Source: Epiperipatus broadwayi
Taxonomy: Eukaryota > Animalia > Onychophora
Length of the DNA stretch: 64,000 bases
Direction: 5' to 3'
Assembly (NCBI GenBank): GCA_028023455.1
Contig: JAQFVV010000009.1
Location: 11,098,001-11,162,000 of the forward strand
Made by a program: the position numbers and the translations under genes. Below the pieces are notes generated by a model that saw nothing but the letters and a program-made list of their open reading frames with translations, did no database searches and was not told where the DNA came from. The stretch's first letter is position 1, and each line of letters starts with the position of its first letter. This document shows positions 12,000-26,130 of the stretch, piece by piece.

Positions 12000-13530
12000 C
12001 AATAAGAAAAGATAGAACGATTACTTAAAAGAGGAAAAGGGGTGACATAAATATGTGGAAGAGTTGTGTATTAAGAAAACAAAATAACCACTATGATTAT
12101 TACATTTTTTGAATTACCAATTATTTTAAATGAAGAGGTGAAACATGCAAGTAAATCTATAAAGAAGGGAAAAGATCTATAAAATAATGGAATTGGTATT
12201 CATGTCTTAAAAGAATCAAATGAAGAATTGAAAGATTGCAATAGTAATAATGATATTTAAGAAAGATGATAAAAAAAGATAGTAGAAATTACAGATCTGT
12301 CAGTTTTCCATCAATTATCAATTCTATACAAAATCTTTATCAATAATTACAACTCGTCTAAATCATATTTTGGGTTTTAACAAATCAAAAGAGTGTGCTG
12401 GATTTAAAAGTGGTTTTAACACAATGGATCATATCCAAATTTTGAAAGAAGTTATAAAAAGGACCAATGAGTGTAAGTTATCATAATGCTTTGGATTTGT
12501 AAATTATGAAAAGGATAATTCCCAATGATTAATTCTTTTAGCCATTAAGATATGGAACCAGAATATTGTAATATTATAAAGAATATTTATCAAAATGCAG
12601 TAATAGTAAATATATTACATTGTGACAGTAATAAGATTAACATTTATGATAGAGTGATTCATCATCTCTAGCACTTTCACACCAATTTATAAGAAATATT
12701 TTATGGATTAAAATGGTAACCTAAGAGAATAAAAATACATTATGATTATTTAAATTATCTAGATTTTGCAAATTATATGACTGTTTTTGCAAATATTGCT
12801 TTAGGGCTTTGGAAAATGTCACAAAAGTTAATAAATAAAACTAAGAAAATAGGGTGATAGATAAATCCTAACAAGACTAAAATATTGTTCAATAAATTTT
12901 CTTAGAAGACATTATTAAAGATTGATAATCATGAATTAGAAGTTAACAATTTCAAATCCCTTGGTCAGATTATTAATGCAGATGAAAATGTAATGGATGA
13001 AATTAATTATAGAATAAATTTTAAATAGAGTGCTTTTAATAGAATAATTTAATATTAAAAGAAAACATGCCAATGTGTTTGAACAGAAAGGTTTTTAAAA
13101 AGAGTTTATCAATTGTGTAAGATCTTAGAAGTGGACACTTAATAGATGAGCAATTCAGAGACTTCAAACAATTCAACAAAGTATGGATATACTGTATATA
13201 TAGTTTTTATTTCCCAGTTGAGGACTTGTGTGATCAAGTCAAAATGTTGGAGTTTTTAAATTAAAATATTACACCAATGAATCTGAAAAATATGTTTTTT
13301 ATACCTGCAACCTGTGAAAACATATATATATATATATGTTGAGGTAACAAGAGAGGATTGAAATGAAGTACTTGGTTGGGGGGAACAAACAAGTATCATT
13401 GATATCATTGGAAGAATTAAGAAACTGAAATGGAGGTGGGTTGGACATATTGAAAGAAGAGATGATATTGTAGTCTTAAATTAGATTTCAAGAGATTATA
13501 AAAAGATCTAGAAAGAGACTATATGTGAGA
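12000..13530 (+). mobile_element. Degraded RTE-clade non-LTR retrotransposon (RT region to C-terminus)
   Basis: Broken frames read ECAGFKSGFNTMDHIQILKEVIKRTNEC..FGFVNYEK near 12.4-12.5 kb and IGRIKKLKWRWVGHIERRD near 13.41-13.47 kb. It is similar to the element at 15852-16945 and has many stops and frameshifts. Confidence 0.75.
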
Positions 13531-14539
13531 TGAATAAGTAAAATAAAGAAGTTTGTTGGTCTGATGTGAAGAATAGAAATTATGGAACATAGAAATTGGA
13601 TTAAATTTGGAGTTAGAAATGATAATAATGACAAAAGGATTGATGAATATGGTAGTGAAACTATAAAGAAAAAGTTGCTCTTAAAAATAGAAGTATAACA
13701 GTAGAATGAAATGCTGAAAAAAATATGGGAATATATGAAATTACATTTATAATACCTCAGCAGATTGAAATATGAAAGCAAATGATATAGGAATATATGA
13801 GATTATCTTTTAATAGCTGACTTCTGCAGCTATGTTTATATATATATATTAAATATTACCTAACCCTATATTAGTAATAATAAAAAAATCAGATAACACT
13901 GCAATATTAGCCAAAAAACTAAACTTTACTAAAATTCTTCCGCAACCATGGTTTCATCTATTAACAAATAGATCTTTTCAAACTTGAGGATTGTATATAT
14001 ATATTTGGCTTTATCAAATACAAGTTTAAAGGCACTTAAAGGCATTCATATGTATGTATATGTACATATATATAGATAATAAATATTTTTTTCAAGTATA
14101 CATGATTGAATTTAATGCTGTTGGGTTACATCTATTTAAATATCATTGAATTGCATTATTTCTAAAATAGCTTTACACTTTGTATTCAAATATTAATGTC
14201 TTTGAATTATATGGAATTTAGCTATAATTACCAGAAAAAGATCATAGGTATTGAACCCGAATGATGATGCTGTTTAAGTGGATCCTGTGTAGAGATTTTG
14301 TATTGTGTTTTTATCTAATAATTTTTTAAATAACATTTATTTAAAACATTTAACATCAGTTCTGTCTAACAATCATTATATATTACAAATTTCTTAATCA
14401 TTTTAATTTATATATTATAAACCATTATTCAGCACTGGAAATATTAAATAATTTAAAGGATATTAAAACTTCAATATATCATCTACGTTATTTTTAATTT
14501 TATTCAAATGTTATTAGCTTTTTTATTAAAATAAATTAA

Positions 14540-14990
14540 AATTTATTAGATACAATTGAACATGTTTATCTATACATAGCTATATTCTTTTTACACTGTT
14601 GCAAAGCATTCACTCTGTAGAACTTGCTGTGATCCGAGACTGGGGGACATTGCCCTCCTTTACTCCTCCGAGAGGGTGACCTTAGCCCAGGTTTCATGGA
14701 AAAGCCAATCTGGAGCCAGCAATCTATCTCTGTTTCTGAGCCGCTTGAGTAATTTGATATAGATGTTGCAGACACCGCGATTAGTATTTTCAAATATACA
14801 CTTGCATCTGGATAGCCAGATTGCAAAGGTTAGAATAATGGCTATTCTGATTTTCGAGAATATGCCACTCTTTATAGCCTTTTGAATGACCAGTCTCGAC
14901 ACACAGATTTTGATTTTCGAGAATATGCCACTCTTTATAGCCTTTTGAATGACCAATCTCGACACACATCTTGAAAAACTGCTTTTATTA
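14540..14990 (-). mobile_element. 5'-truncated L1/Tx1-like non-LTR retrotransposon 3' end with a 63-bp tandem duplication
   Basis: ORF 14660-14965 ends in FAIWLSRCKCIFEN...LFHETW, like L1/Tx1 ORF2 C-termini (IW..R...IF, F...W). The 63-bp period duplication spans 14848-14968 with one mismatch. Confidence 0.55.
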
Positions 14991-15851
14991 AGTGCCCTTA
15001 AAAATAATAAACAATCGCACCAAATTAGCTAATGCCATTGACATAAAAGTTTGAATGCTTAAATTAATAATTTTATTTAATTAAAACTTATTTTCAATGG
15101 TTTATTAATATACATCAAAGAATTATGTTAATGGGATTTGCATAAAAATATTGTTATTGTATTTGGAGGTATTGTTCGGCTCTTCAAAGTGTTTAATAAA
15201 AATGTTTGCCAAAACATGCTGTGCAAAGATTAATTGATTTTTGGCATCAATGTATTGAATATATATATGTTGCAGTGATGTTAAGTTATTTCATATTTAT
15301 TGTGTTGAATAATTTATTATATATTTAGATTATTATTTTTGCAAAGATCATTTGGAATAAGAAATGTTAAATAATTCCTTTTTAGTGAGTGTTAATGAGT
15401 CATTGAAATAAAAAAAATTAAATAAAACTACTAATTTTCATATTCAAATAGATTATATTAATAATATTTAAATAAGAATGATGTTTATTTATGTGGTGTT
15501 ATTGTCATCTCTTTCAAATATACTTGATAAGGGTAATTGCTTGAAACACATGTTATATGAAGATTGGTCAATTTTTTCATCATCCAGCAATATATTTAAT
15601 AAAATCGAAAAAAAATTTTTTTAGCTTATATTTTCTTTATGCATTAATTAATTTTGTAAAACAAATAAATAAATTCTATCTTTAATCACATTTATAATGC
15701 TATAGTTCATGTTTTACTTGACCAATCTTACAGTTTTATTGACCAGTAATCTTTTTATATAAACAACATAAACAATTATACATTGAATCCCTTTTATATA
15801 TTATATTTATACAAATTATTTATCCTCAAATATTTATGTTACATTTTATAA

Positions 15852-16945
15852 ATCATCGTCATCATCAATCATTATCAATCGACTGCAGGATGAAGGTCTC
15901 CAAGTTTAATCCATCTTCTCCAATCTTTAGCTTCTCTTCTCCACATCACCCCTGCACATTTTCTTATTTCATCCATCTATTTCACATGTGGTCTCTTACT
16001 GGGTCTTTTACAATCTTTTGGGATCCAGTTTAAGATTTCAATTGTCCATCTATTATATTTTCTAGCAATATGTCCAGCCCAACTCCACTTTAGTCTTTTA
16101 ATTTTTTCAATAAGGTCAGTAACACCTGTTTGTTCTCTTACCCATTTATTGAGTTTTTGGTCTCTTCTTGTTACTCCCAATATGCATCTCTCCATACTTC
16201 TTTAAATGGTCTGAAGTCTCTGTATTGCTCTTCTATTAAGTGTCCAAGTCTCAGATCCATAAGTAAAAACTGGTAAAACCCATCCTTTTAGTATCAAGTT
16301 ATTTCTACCAAAAGCACTCCAAACAAGTTTAATTCTATGATTAATTTTATCCATTATGTTTCCATCTGTATTAATAATATGATCAAGGTATTATTAACTA
16401 TTAATTTATTCTAACCCATCATAATCAATCTTAATTTTCATATTTTGAGAAAATCCATTAAACATTTCTTTAGTCTTTTTAACATTTATCTTTAGTCCTA
16501 TTTTCCTGCTTTCATCTGATAACTCCTGCAACATTTCCGGCAGCTCTAAAGCATTAGTTGCAAAAACAACTACATCATCTGCAAAATCTAAATGACTTAA
16601 ATAATCTCCATTTACTTTCACTCTTTTAGCTTCCCATTTTAATCCACAAAATACTTCTTTCCGCACTGCTGTAAAAAGTTTTGGAGATATGGAGTCACCC
16701 TGTCTTACATTCTTCTCAATGTTGATTTTCCCAGTATCATTATGTAATCTAATTGTTGCTGTTGCATTTTTATAAATATTCTAAATATGACGATGTCCTG
16801 GATCCAATGCTTTAATCACTGAACAAATATTTATAGAATCAAATATCTTTTCATAATCTACAAATCCAAAGTATAATGGCAACTCATAACATAAATTGTC
16901 TAAGCAATATAAACAGTATAATCAATTGTAGATTGAATCATTTTT
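15852..16945 (-). mobile_element. 5'-truncated RTE-clade LINE (RT domain, C-terminus, (GAT)n-type tail)
   Basis: Minus-strand frames give NVRQGDSISPKLF, LSHLDFADDVV, GLKINVKKTK, and KWSWAGHIAR...RWT.EILNWIP..KR...RP (ORFs 16406-16666 and 15977-16195). The 3' end reads CCTGCAGTCG-ATTGATAATGATTGATGATGACGATGATT. Confidence 0.92.
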
Positions 16946-19749
16946 ATATATTTATTATATTTGTACTAAATACATATCCTCAATTATTTATAGTACATAT
17001 TTGAGAGTATGTATTTAGTACAAAAAAAAAAAGGATTCAATGTGTAATTGGTTACATTGTTTCGGTAATTCATATATACATATATATTTTTCTGAAAAAG
17101 ACTACTGGTCAGTTGAAACTATAAGATTGGTTAAGTAAAAAATAAAATATAACATTGTAAAAGTGATTAAAGAAATGAGGAATTATTTATTTGTTTTATA
17201 AAATAGAAAATACTGTTGAGGGCAAATTAGCATCACTTTACATTATTATGAATATATAAGTACTGTTTTTGTCATTCAGATTATAATATTCTTAAGTTTA
17301 GCATGTCTTTAATAATGCTTATTGTCTTTATAACATAAAATAATAGACCAATCTCTCATAACTACATATGTTATAGCTATAACTTAGTTTTATTAAATAC
17401 GCTAGAGTTATAAATATCTGTTCTTTCCATTATTACATCAATTAAAAGCTTGTGTAATTTCATGCAATATATGTTTAAAGAGTGAATATATTTTACATAT
17501 GATTATTATTTTAAGCTATGTTTAAATTATTTATGTAATATTAAACATTCATAAATTAAAACCGGAATAATCACAGTCTTAAAATTTAAGTTCATGGATT
17601 TTAGCTCCAACCTAGTTCCTTTAGAATTAATGAATTTTATATTTTATACATCTGCTCTCATTGCTAACATAGCAATCAGGAAATTAATATGCAACTAATA
17701 ACTGACCTAGTTTGAACACATTTTAAAATTACATTGGGGGATGTATGCACAATATCTTTTCACACTTTAAATATAAAATATGTTGCATAAAGCTGATTAT
17801 ACATTAATTGCTCTGTTATGGTGGGAAATAGTTATTTAGTATTCTAATTTACCTGATAAAAGATAAGGTGTAGAAAAACAATGCCATTTTATGTTATAAT
17901 GATAGTCAGATCATTCAAAATATAATAAACTTTAAAATTTGCTTTATTGAAAATACTAAATATGTTTTACAATTGACCTCAGTTAGAAAAAACAATCTTA
18001 CAGTTCATCATACTCAATATAAATATAACAGTGAACAAATAAATTTGAAATCACACAAATAACACTTCAGTATGAGTAAATAATTGATAAACAATTAAAA
18101 TAGGGGCATGAATGGCAAACAAATTATTTGACTGCAATGTATGTGTGTATATAATATGCAGATGTACATGCATATATAATTCTGAATGATATTTTCTATA
18201 GCTTATTTTGAGACTATTACTCATTATATTTTAATGATGCAGCTGGTCTTCCACAACTAATAAGGATGGCTTGGGGTTGATAGAAAAACTTATTTATTAT
18301 GAATAAATATAACACTTTATACATTAATTTCCATCAGGATTAATACACAATAAAATTAACATGCAGAACCATACTTTGGTATCCATAGAAAAATATTAAA
18401 TATTTATTAATATATTAAACAGTTCCTTGTTGACTAGGGCTGAATTTGGATAGTTTAGTTATCTTTTATATTTTTATATTTATAAATATTATGCCTCTTA
18501 TAGAAGCTACATCAATAGCATGATTTTTATGATCTGAAGTCTTATAAAAGTAGCATGTTATTTCTTTGAATATTTAGATATTTCAACCGTTAAATCTTCA
18601 TCAAGTACTGGTTAAAATTAGGATAATCATTGGTGATATGTCAATATTTATATTAATATTGTATGACAAAATGTAATCATATATAATTATATAGAAAATA
18701 ACTCAAAGCAAGATTCAAGTTATTTCATATTAGTAAGATAAACTTTAACACACACACACACACAATTATGGATGACTAATTCATGATACTCACCGATATA
18801 ATACAGCTATAAAATAAATCTATTTCTTGATTTATCCAAATTCACTAATCCAAATCCAAATGCTCTATTCATATCGTGTATGCACTATATCCATTACATT
18901 GTTTTAATCAAAATTGATGTATGCTAATTTTATCTTCTTTTTTTGCATAGTCTAATCATATTTAGTCAATAATATATGTTTACAATATTTAGTTATTGTT
19001 ATTTGAAATATTTGACTTTCATCACATATTATATACATGGTAAATAAATCATTTATTAAGATAACTCTAACATAATATATGTAAAAATCATTATTCCAAA
19101 ATTTTTTACTTATATTTCAACAAACATGATATGGAAAAAAATATTCACAATTTATATGTAATAGACTTAGTAAAAGTATACTATAGAATTTAAACCTTAA
19201 AACATTTGTTACTGCATTCTTCTTTTATTTTGAAAGCATTTTCTGATTAAAAATTTTAATATATTAATAAAAATTTACTTGTGCTAAAGTGTTAAGTATA
19301 TGCAATAAAAAATATAATTAAAATTTTAATTGTATTTTATTTATATCCTATCTTACATATGTAATTATAAGAAGAGAGTACTTTACAACTTTTATTAAAT
19401 TTAAAAGGTCCAGAAAGTCATTTATATTTAAGTTTTTTTCTTTAAATTTGCATTTACTTCCTGTATTTGCATAGAGTTTAATAATTTATTTCTATCAAGT
19501 TATAAATGTGATGTTTTCCTACCTTTTGTATGCTTGATTTTGCAGCTTTTCTTTCTTATATTTACACATGTTGAGATTGGAAATAATTAATTGCAGGATA
19601 ATTTTAATCATAATTAAAGTCATTTTTATTTTTAAATATATAAATTTATCCCTTTCCTAGGCAGCTAGTTGTGCATCTAAATATCTCCTATCAAAAATGA
19701 AACTGACATTAAAACAGATGACATGCTTGCTTTCACTTCATCAATTTAT

Positions 19750-20330
19750 AAGATATTAGATAATTAGATTTAATATAACTCAAATGTTATTTAAAGATCT
19801 ATCATTGATGCTGCATTCCAAAATTCAATCATGATATTAATTGGAAATCCATCTATGAGAAATGTTAGAAAATATTTTATATGATGAATCATTGATTCAT
19901 ATAGACATCAAATTTGTTCCCAACTACAGCATTTCTTAACAAGTCTCATAGATGATCCTTTGACACAACTTACAAATTATATGGATCAGACAAAGAAACT
20001 TTTCTACATATTATTTGATTATTGTCTCTTTTTCAATAATTTCAGATCAAATTTTTAATCCTCTCCAATAATTTATTATGTAAAATTCTTCCTTCAGTTT
20101 TTTGATAGATAACAAAAGACAATAAGAGTTGTGTTATCACTTCTGATATTTATATTGTTATTAAATAAGATGACATTTTTTAAACAAACATTATTCTATT
20201 CAACAATTCCATAAATACTGGTTGAATCGGTATTATAAAGATTTAAAATATCCTTCCAAACATTGTTTAATGTTTCTAATATATTCACAGGGATTATTTA
20301 ATTCATGGGATTCACTATGACTGAAGTAAA
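19750..20330 (-). mobile_element. Highly decayed RTE-type RT remnant (tentative)
   Basis: A short minus-strand peptide LLSIKKTEGRILHNKLLERIK resembles the RT pre-domain-1 SLLS..GK...RIL..RL motif. The rest is frameshifted. Confidence 0.3.
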
Positions 20331-21768
20331 ATATGGATTACCAACCATACTGCCATCAATAAAGACCTGTTTCTTATGTAGTAGTGCAAGAAAAATAATA
20401 ATCAATAAATGTCTTTCTAAATATAACATGTTAAGTTTTGATTTTATATGTGAAACATTTTTTATTTGATACATATAAATTATTGCATATAGTAAAATAA
20501 ACTAGTTTTTAAAATATTTATTTAGTAATCAAGAATCAAAAATAAATAAATCAAAGACGTTTTTTAAAAAATAAATCAAGAAATACTCCAGAACTCTGAA
20601 GGAACATTATACAATTTTATTTCTTTTTAAATGCTTTATTGTTTCATTGTTTTACCATTGAAGCCCGGGAATCTGCTTAATTGTCTATGAAAAAACTGAT
20701 ACAGACTTATAAATTGTACTGTCAAAAAATAAAAAATAAAAAAAAGTTTCTTACCTTCATAATTAATTTCATTAGTAAAACTTTGAAGAGTAATAATAAA
20801 AAGTCAGATGTCACATGACTTATATATAGCTTGCACTTACAAATAAAAAAAAAAGCTTGCTTAGAGCTCATTAGCATGCTCTTAATTTTACATATTTGAA
20901 GAGTAATATAATTTTTTTTTCATTTAATTTTCAAAACCTATTGTTTTTTAAAAAATCGTTTATGTAGAATATTCATTATATGACTTTAAATCTGATTTTT
21001 TCCAGAATTTCTGCATAGATAGATGTTGTACATATATATATTTTTTAGTTTTAAAACTATAATTTTACATATGTGCTTATACATGCATCCTACACATATC
21101 CAACAACCCAAATCTCTTATATATATATATATATACACGTGTTAATTTAATAAATATGTTTACTGGAAATTTTGATATTTTAACCTGTACTTCTATTAAG
21201 TTTTTTTTCTAAATGATTAAAGTTATTAAATATTTTAAATCTGTAGCATTAAATAAATAATACAGTGTTAATTATAAATAAAATGAGTTTAATTCTGAGA
21301 CTATTTAATGCTCTTTCTACTATCATATTTATTATCTTATATTCTAATAAAATTATCACTATCAACATGCTATACTAATATATTTTTGATACATTTATAT
21401 TCATCTAAATATTATCCCCCCCCTCCATTGTCTTTGATTTAGATACATGCATTCTGCTTTAATGTGCCTTAACATATATACTTTGACTACCATCTGATCA
21501 CCCAACATACATACATATATATTTAAATAATGTAATGGGTTTATTAAAGTTTATGATATAGTTTTAAATAAAGTGGACTGCAAGAAATGGAAAAATACTA
21601 CTCATAAAAATCAAATGTTATTTCTAAAATCTTATTAATTAGATATCTTCGATTTATAGTGTTTATATATTATAAAAATGTTCATACAAATGTAAGTAAA
21701 AGATAAAACAGATTTAAATTGCCTATTACAGAGAAAAAGCGTTACTACTTTTTGTTCTTATATGTCAA

Positions 21769-21840
21769 AGCGTTGACCCGGAAGCGAAACCAGGCCAGCT
21801 GCTTGGAAGGCAGCTATGCTAACCGCTAGGCCACCAACGC
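21769..21840 (-). pseudogene. tRNA-Gly(TCC) pseudogene, retroposed, with target-site duplication
   Basis: The minus strand reads GCGTTGGTGGCCTAGCGGTTAGCATAGCTGCCTTCCAAGCAGCTGGCCTGGTTTCGCTTCCGGGTCAACGCT. The acceptor stem and anticodon arm (TCC) are intact, but the T stem is disrupted and A58 is changed to C. Flanking direct repeats are 21739-21752 and 21839-21852 (13 of 14 identical). Confidence 0.85.
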
Positions 21841-22419
21841 GTTACTGCTTTTCCTTCATAAAGGAACAAGAAAAACTAAAGTATTATTCACCATCCTGCT
21901 AACAGATTTTTAGTTGATGAGAGAGTTTTTATTATTATTTTGTTTTATATATTTTAATTATAAATAAGTAGATATCCATTTACTGATTAATAAATAATTG
22001 ACCAACTATTTCTGACCAGAATATTTGAAAATATAAGCTTCCTTAGAAAATCCAACTACTTGAAAAAATTCCTAATTTCCATTAGATTAACTCCAAATTG
22101 GGGGCATTGAAGTGCATGCTCCTATTATTATATCATGAAATCCTTTCATGTACATACATATAAACTAAAAATGAACGTATGAAATTTTATATGCATATGT
22201 AAACATCAATCAAATTAAATTACTTGGTCTATCAAATTGCTAATTCAGAACTCTTTTTCATGAAAATACTGGAGGGAAAATTATAATGTATGTAAAGAAA
22301 TATTTAAAAACAAAAACAAATAGAAACTTTTTAGACATTTTCTGATACTTGAAAATAATTAATTAAAAACTATTTTAAAAATAAGAAAATTAGATATTAC
22401 AAATCAGATAATCTGAGTA

Positions 22420-23396
22420 CACCTGGGTCTCATTTTATGCGGATTATTTTAATGCGATTTTGAAGTTAAACGATTCATGTTTCTTCTTAATATCTTTCAT
22501 ATTTCACTATATTTATTAGATATCAAGAAATTTAAATTATTAACTTATTTTCACTTGAAATACTTTTTTTTCTTCCAAAAATATAACGTTATATTAGCAG
22601 ATAACGTGAATATGGCCTGAAGCTGTATTTAGAAGTTTAGCTTCTATGTAAATAACCTATTTATACTAATGAGTAAATAATAATAATAGATTTATACTTA
22701 CATATAAAAATATCACAATAAATGTTAAAAAAATTAAACTTTTAAAACATATATTTTATATATATATAACAAAAATAAATAATCTTTTAGATTTTTAAAA
22801 TAAAAAATGAAGATTTTATAAACTGAAAATAATCTTTCTAATGATAATGTATAATCTTTTTGTTTTGATTTAGATCTCATTTTTTAAATATAGAAACAGA
22901 AAACCATTAACACAGCATAAGACTGAAAATGGCGCTAGTTGTACATCACATCACAAATAAAAATAAAGTGGCTAACAGATTTCTCTGGACATAATTGCTG
23001 AGAGATTATTGATTTTGTTTAAGGAAAAGCTACAAAACATCACATCACATCGAATTTGATTTCTTTCTAGTTTACAAATGAATGCTAGTGGTAATGATTA
23101 AAATATGTATGAAAAATGTAAAATTAAATATTGTGCTTAATAAAAAAAGTAAAAAAAGTTCATCTTGTATTTTTTTTTCAAATATTTGAAATTTTTTATT
23201 AGTCACACTTTATTTGCTTATTTTTTTAATGCAAATTTTAAAGTAATTTTTCTTTGTTGCTTTGATTTTATGAGAATTCTGAGAATTATAGACCCTATCC
23301 CCTATTTTTCAATGTAAGTTAAGTCTATTTTTTGCGATTTTTTTAATGTGGGGTTTTCTGTGGAACCTATCTACCGAATAAAATGAGACCCAGGTG
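22420..23396 (+). mobile_element. Non-autonomous pogo/Tigger-type DNA transposon, copy 2 (opposite orientation to copy 1)
   Basis: TA at 22418-22419 and 23397-23398, with perfect 19-bp TIRs CACCTGGGTCTCATTTTAT. The ends align to copy 1 in reverse (for example GATAGGTTCC..AGAAAAC, AAAATTACTTTAAAATTTG, TGACTAATAAAAAATTTCAAAT). Confidence 0.82.
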
Positions 23397-23698
23397 TATA
23401 AGATATTGAAAATCATAAAATGAAATTTTTTAAAAAAGAAAAAAACACAATAAGAGTTTTATTCATCCGACTTAAGAGTGAAAAAAATTATTTATACAAA
23501 AACAGAACAATAGCAGTCTTAAACTAGAAAAAAGTAATGGAAGAAAATATTAACTAATACTGGAGTTCAGAAGATGAGTGAGATTTCATATATTGCTATT
23601 TTGATAAAATAGATTTAATCTCAACCTGTGAAAAATGAGGATAGAACATAATTAAAATTACCACAATCTATATTATTAAATTATAAGTCTTTATTAAT

Positions 23699-23740
23699 TT
23701 CTGTAATATATATATATAATCAATATTTAATCAATGATTG

Positions 23741-23793
<53 letters not shown>

Positions 23794-23828
23794 TGTAATA
23801 TATATTAACAATCATTGATTAAATATTG
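23699..23828. repeat. (TA)n microsatellite with 31-bp inverted arms and a 15-bp direct duplication
   Basis: Inverted arms are 23721-23751 and 23798-23828. TTCTGTAATATATAT occurs at 23699 and 23791, and (TA)n spans about 23743-23790. Confidence 0.88.
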
Positions 23829-26130
23829 TTACCCTCAAAATAATGCCCCATTTTACTAGTCTGGTAAGATAAATAATATCAAGTATCTAATCCACAAGAT
23901 TAATGCAGCTGGACATAGCAATTGGTACAGTTATGTATAATATTCAGAAATAAGTTGAGTAATCCTAGTAACACTCTCTACAAGTAGCAATTATGGCATC
24001 TAGACAAAGTTGCTTTGATGATATTAATATCAGTGATCAAGACAATAGATTTTTTATTCACTGCATGTTAAGAAATACTTTCTTATCAATAAAACTAAAG
24101 ATTTTTGCTAGAGAAAATATTGATATTGGTTTTTCTGGCCAAAATAAGTTGTTATAATAGTTAATAGGTAAATTGGTAAACTGGTAAAATATTCTTATGA
24201 ATGAATTGTTGAGAAATTAATAAATGATTTTAAACCTTGCCCCTCAAGAAATATACCTAGATTCCACTTTAAAATGGATGATAAAATACTTATATATGCC
24301 TTGATGATACAAAACTCCAATAGATTAGTAAAAAAAGACATATCTAGCATTTGAAACAAGTGTTATATAAATTAGGAGCCAATATTCATTCTGCTTTGGT
24401 ACCAGTTTTTTTACACTAACATCAAAGATTGAAATTGTGGTTGAATTATTTTTAGGCTGGAGATGGAATTTACCTAAGAAATAATCTGAATAAATATTGA
24501 ATCTAAGAATAAATTAAAGAAATTCTATCTAAACTATGGAACAGAATTCTTCAAACATTTAAATCATTATCTTAAGAATAAAAACAGAAAATTTGGTTTC
24601 TACGATAAGAGGAACAAATAATGTAAAGCAAAAATTGCAAGCTCAGAGGAGTTTAAATTGAAGCAAAATGAACATCAGAGAACAAATCTGCAGCAAATTG
24701 ATTAACTGATAGAAACAATCTCCAATAATATGGGAGAGTCATGGAAGAAAAAAAATTTGGATAACAAAAGATAAACAAAAAATATAAAACAAAATTCTGG
24801 TTGCCTTTGAAGAAAACATATAAAATCTGGCTAGCATAAACATTTTATTCTTACATCAGAGAAAAATTAATTTCATTGAAATAAAGAAAAGAATGTTAAT
24901 ATGTATATGTACATATATATATAAAGAAATAAAAAAAAAAGTAAATAAAGTGTAATTACACAAATTCTGATAATTAAAAATAATTAATTAAAAATTTAAA
25001 ATAAGAAATCAGATATTGTTTTAAAAATAAGATAATCCAATTTTAGGATTTAAAATTGGGTAATTGGATTATACTAAAGAGGCGTAAAGCAGGAGTTTTA
25101 CCTATTAGACATCAGGGAAATAAAAGTATACATTAGCTATCTTGGTTTAGAAGAGAAAATAATATGAAAAAATATTGATTATCTGATGCTATTTTGAAGA
25201 AATCGATATAAAACTGAGGTCTAATGACATTTAAATGTTGTCATAATTTATAATATTTTTTGAGCCTAAGGGTGAATTATTGCATTACTATAAATACATT
25301 TATTAGTCTTTATTATTCATATATGTTAGCAACTACTGAATAAATAGTGTTACTTTCAAAAAACTAGTAGTTCTTGGTTCTATAGCTTGGTAAAAGAAAT
25401 CATAGTAGTGCATTACTAATTTGCAGGGTTCAATGCAGTTGAACACAGCAAACTCATAACTCTTTTGTACTTAATATATTAAGGAATATATGGAACTTTT
25501 TTTACATGACTGCAGAAAGTAGATTTGCTACTTTTACTTTGTTTTGTTTTTTAAAAAAAAAATCATGTTATAATTGTGAATTTGATGATTTTATTTAAAT
25601 AATGCTCTAAATATATAATTATCATATATAACTTTTGCATCTTTATTTCAACTCATAAGTAGAAATAACTAGTGAAGAAATGTATTTAATTACTGACATG
25701 CCTTATTTTATGCTCTTTGTTATTGTTTACAAAATACGTGCATATTTTTTAATTTAACTTTGTAATCTTTTTTTCATAATAGGACTACAAGGTGTAGCTA
25801 ATACATATGTATATATTATGCTATGAAACTTTGCCCACAATTATGATTATAAATGAAAATTGCTGAATTTGTCTAGATTTTTAAATTTTGTACATATATA
25901 AGTTAAAATCTTTGTTTAATAAGTTAAGAGTACTTATGTCTTCAGAGCAAAGTTTTTTTCATCAGATATTCAATAAATCATCATTTTAAATTAAGAATCT
26001 TTTTTCTTTAAGATGTTGAAGTCAATTTTAACATTAACAGTTCTTGTTCTCTGTTTACCCATTAAGAGAATACAAGAAAGTTGACATGTTTTACTTATTA
26101 CATTTACTTTTTACCTTTTTTTTTTTTTAG

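Noticed and set aside
23830-24900. Possible LINE endonuclease remnant on the plus strand
   Set aside because: No unambiguous catalytic motif could be read.
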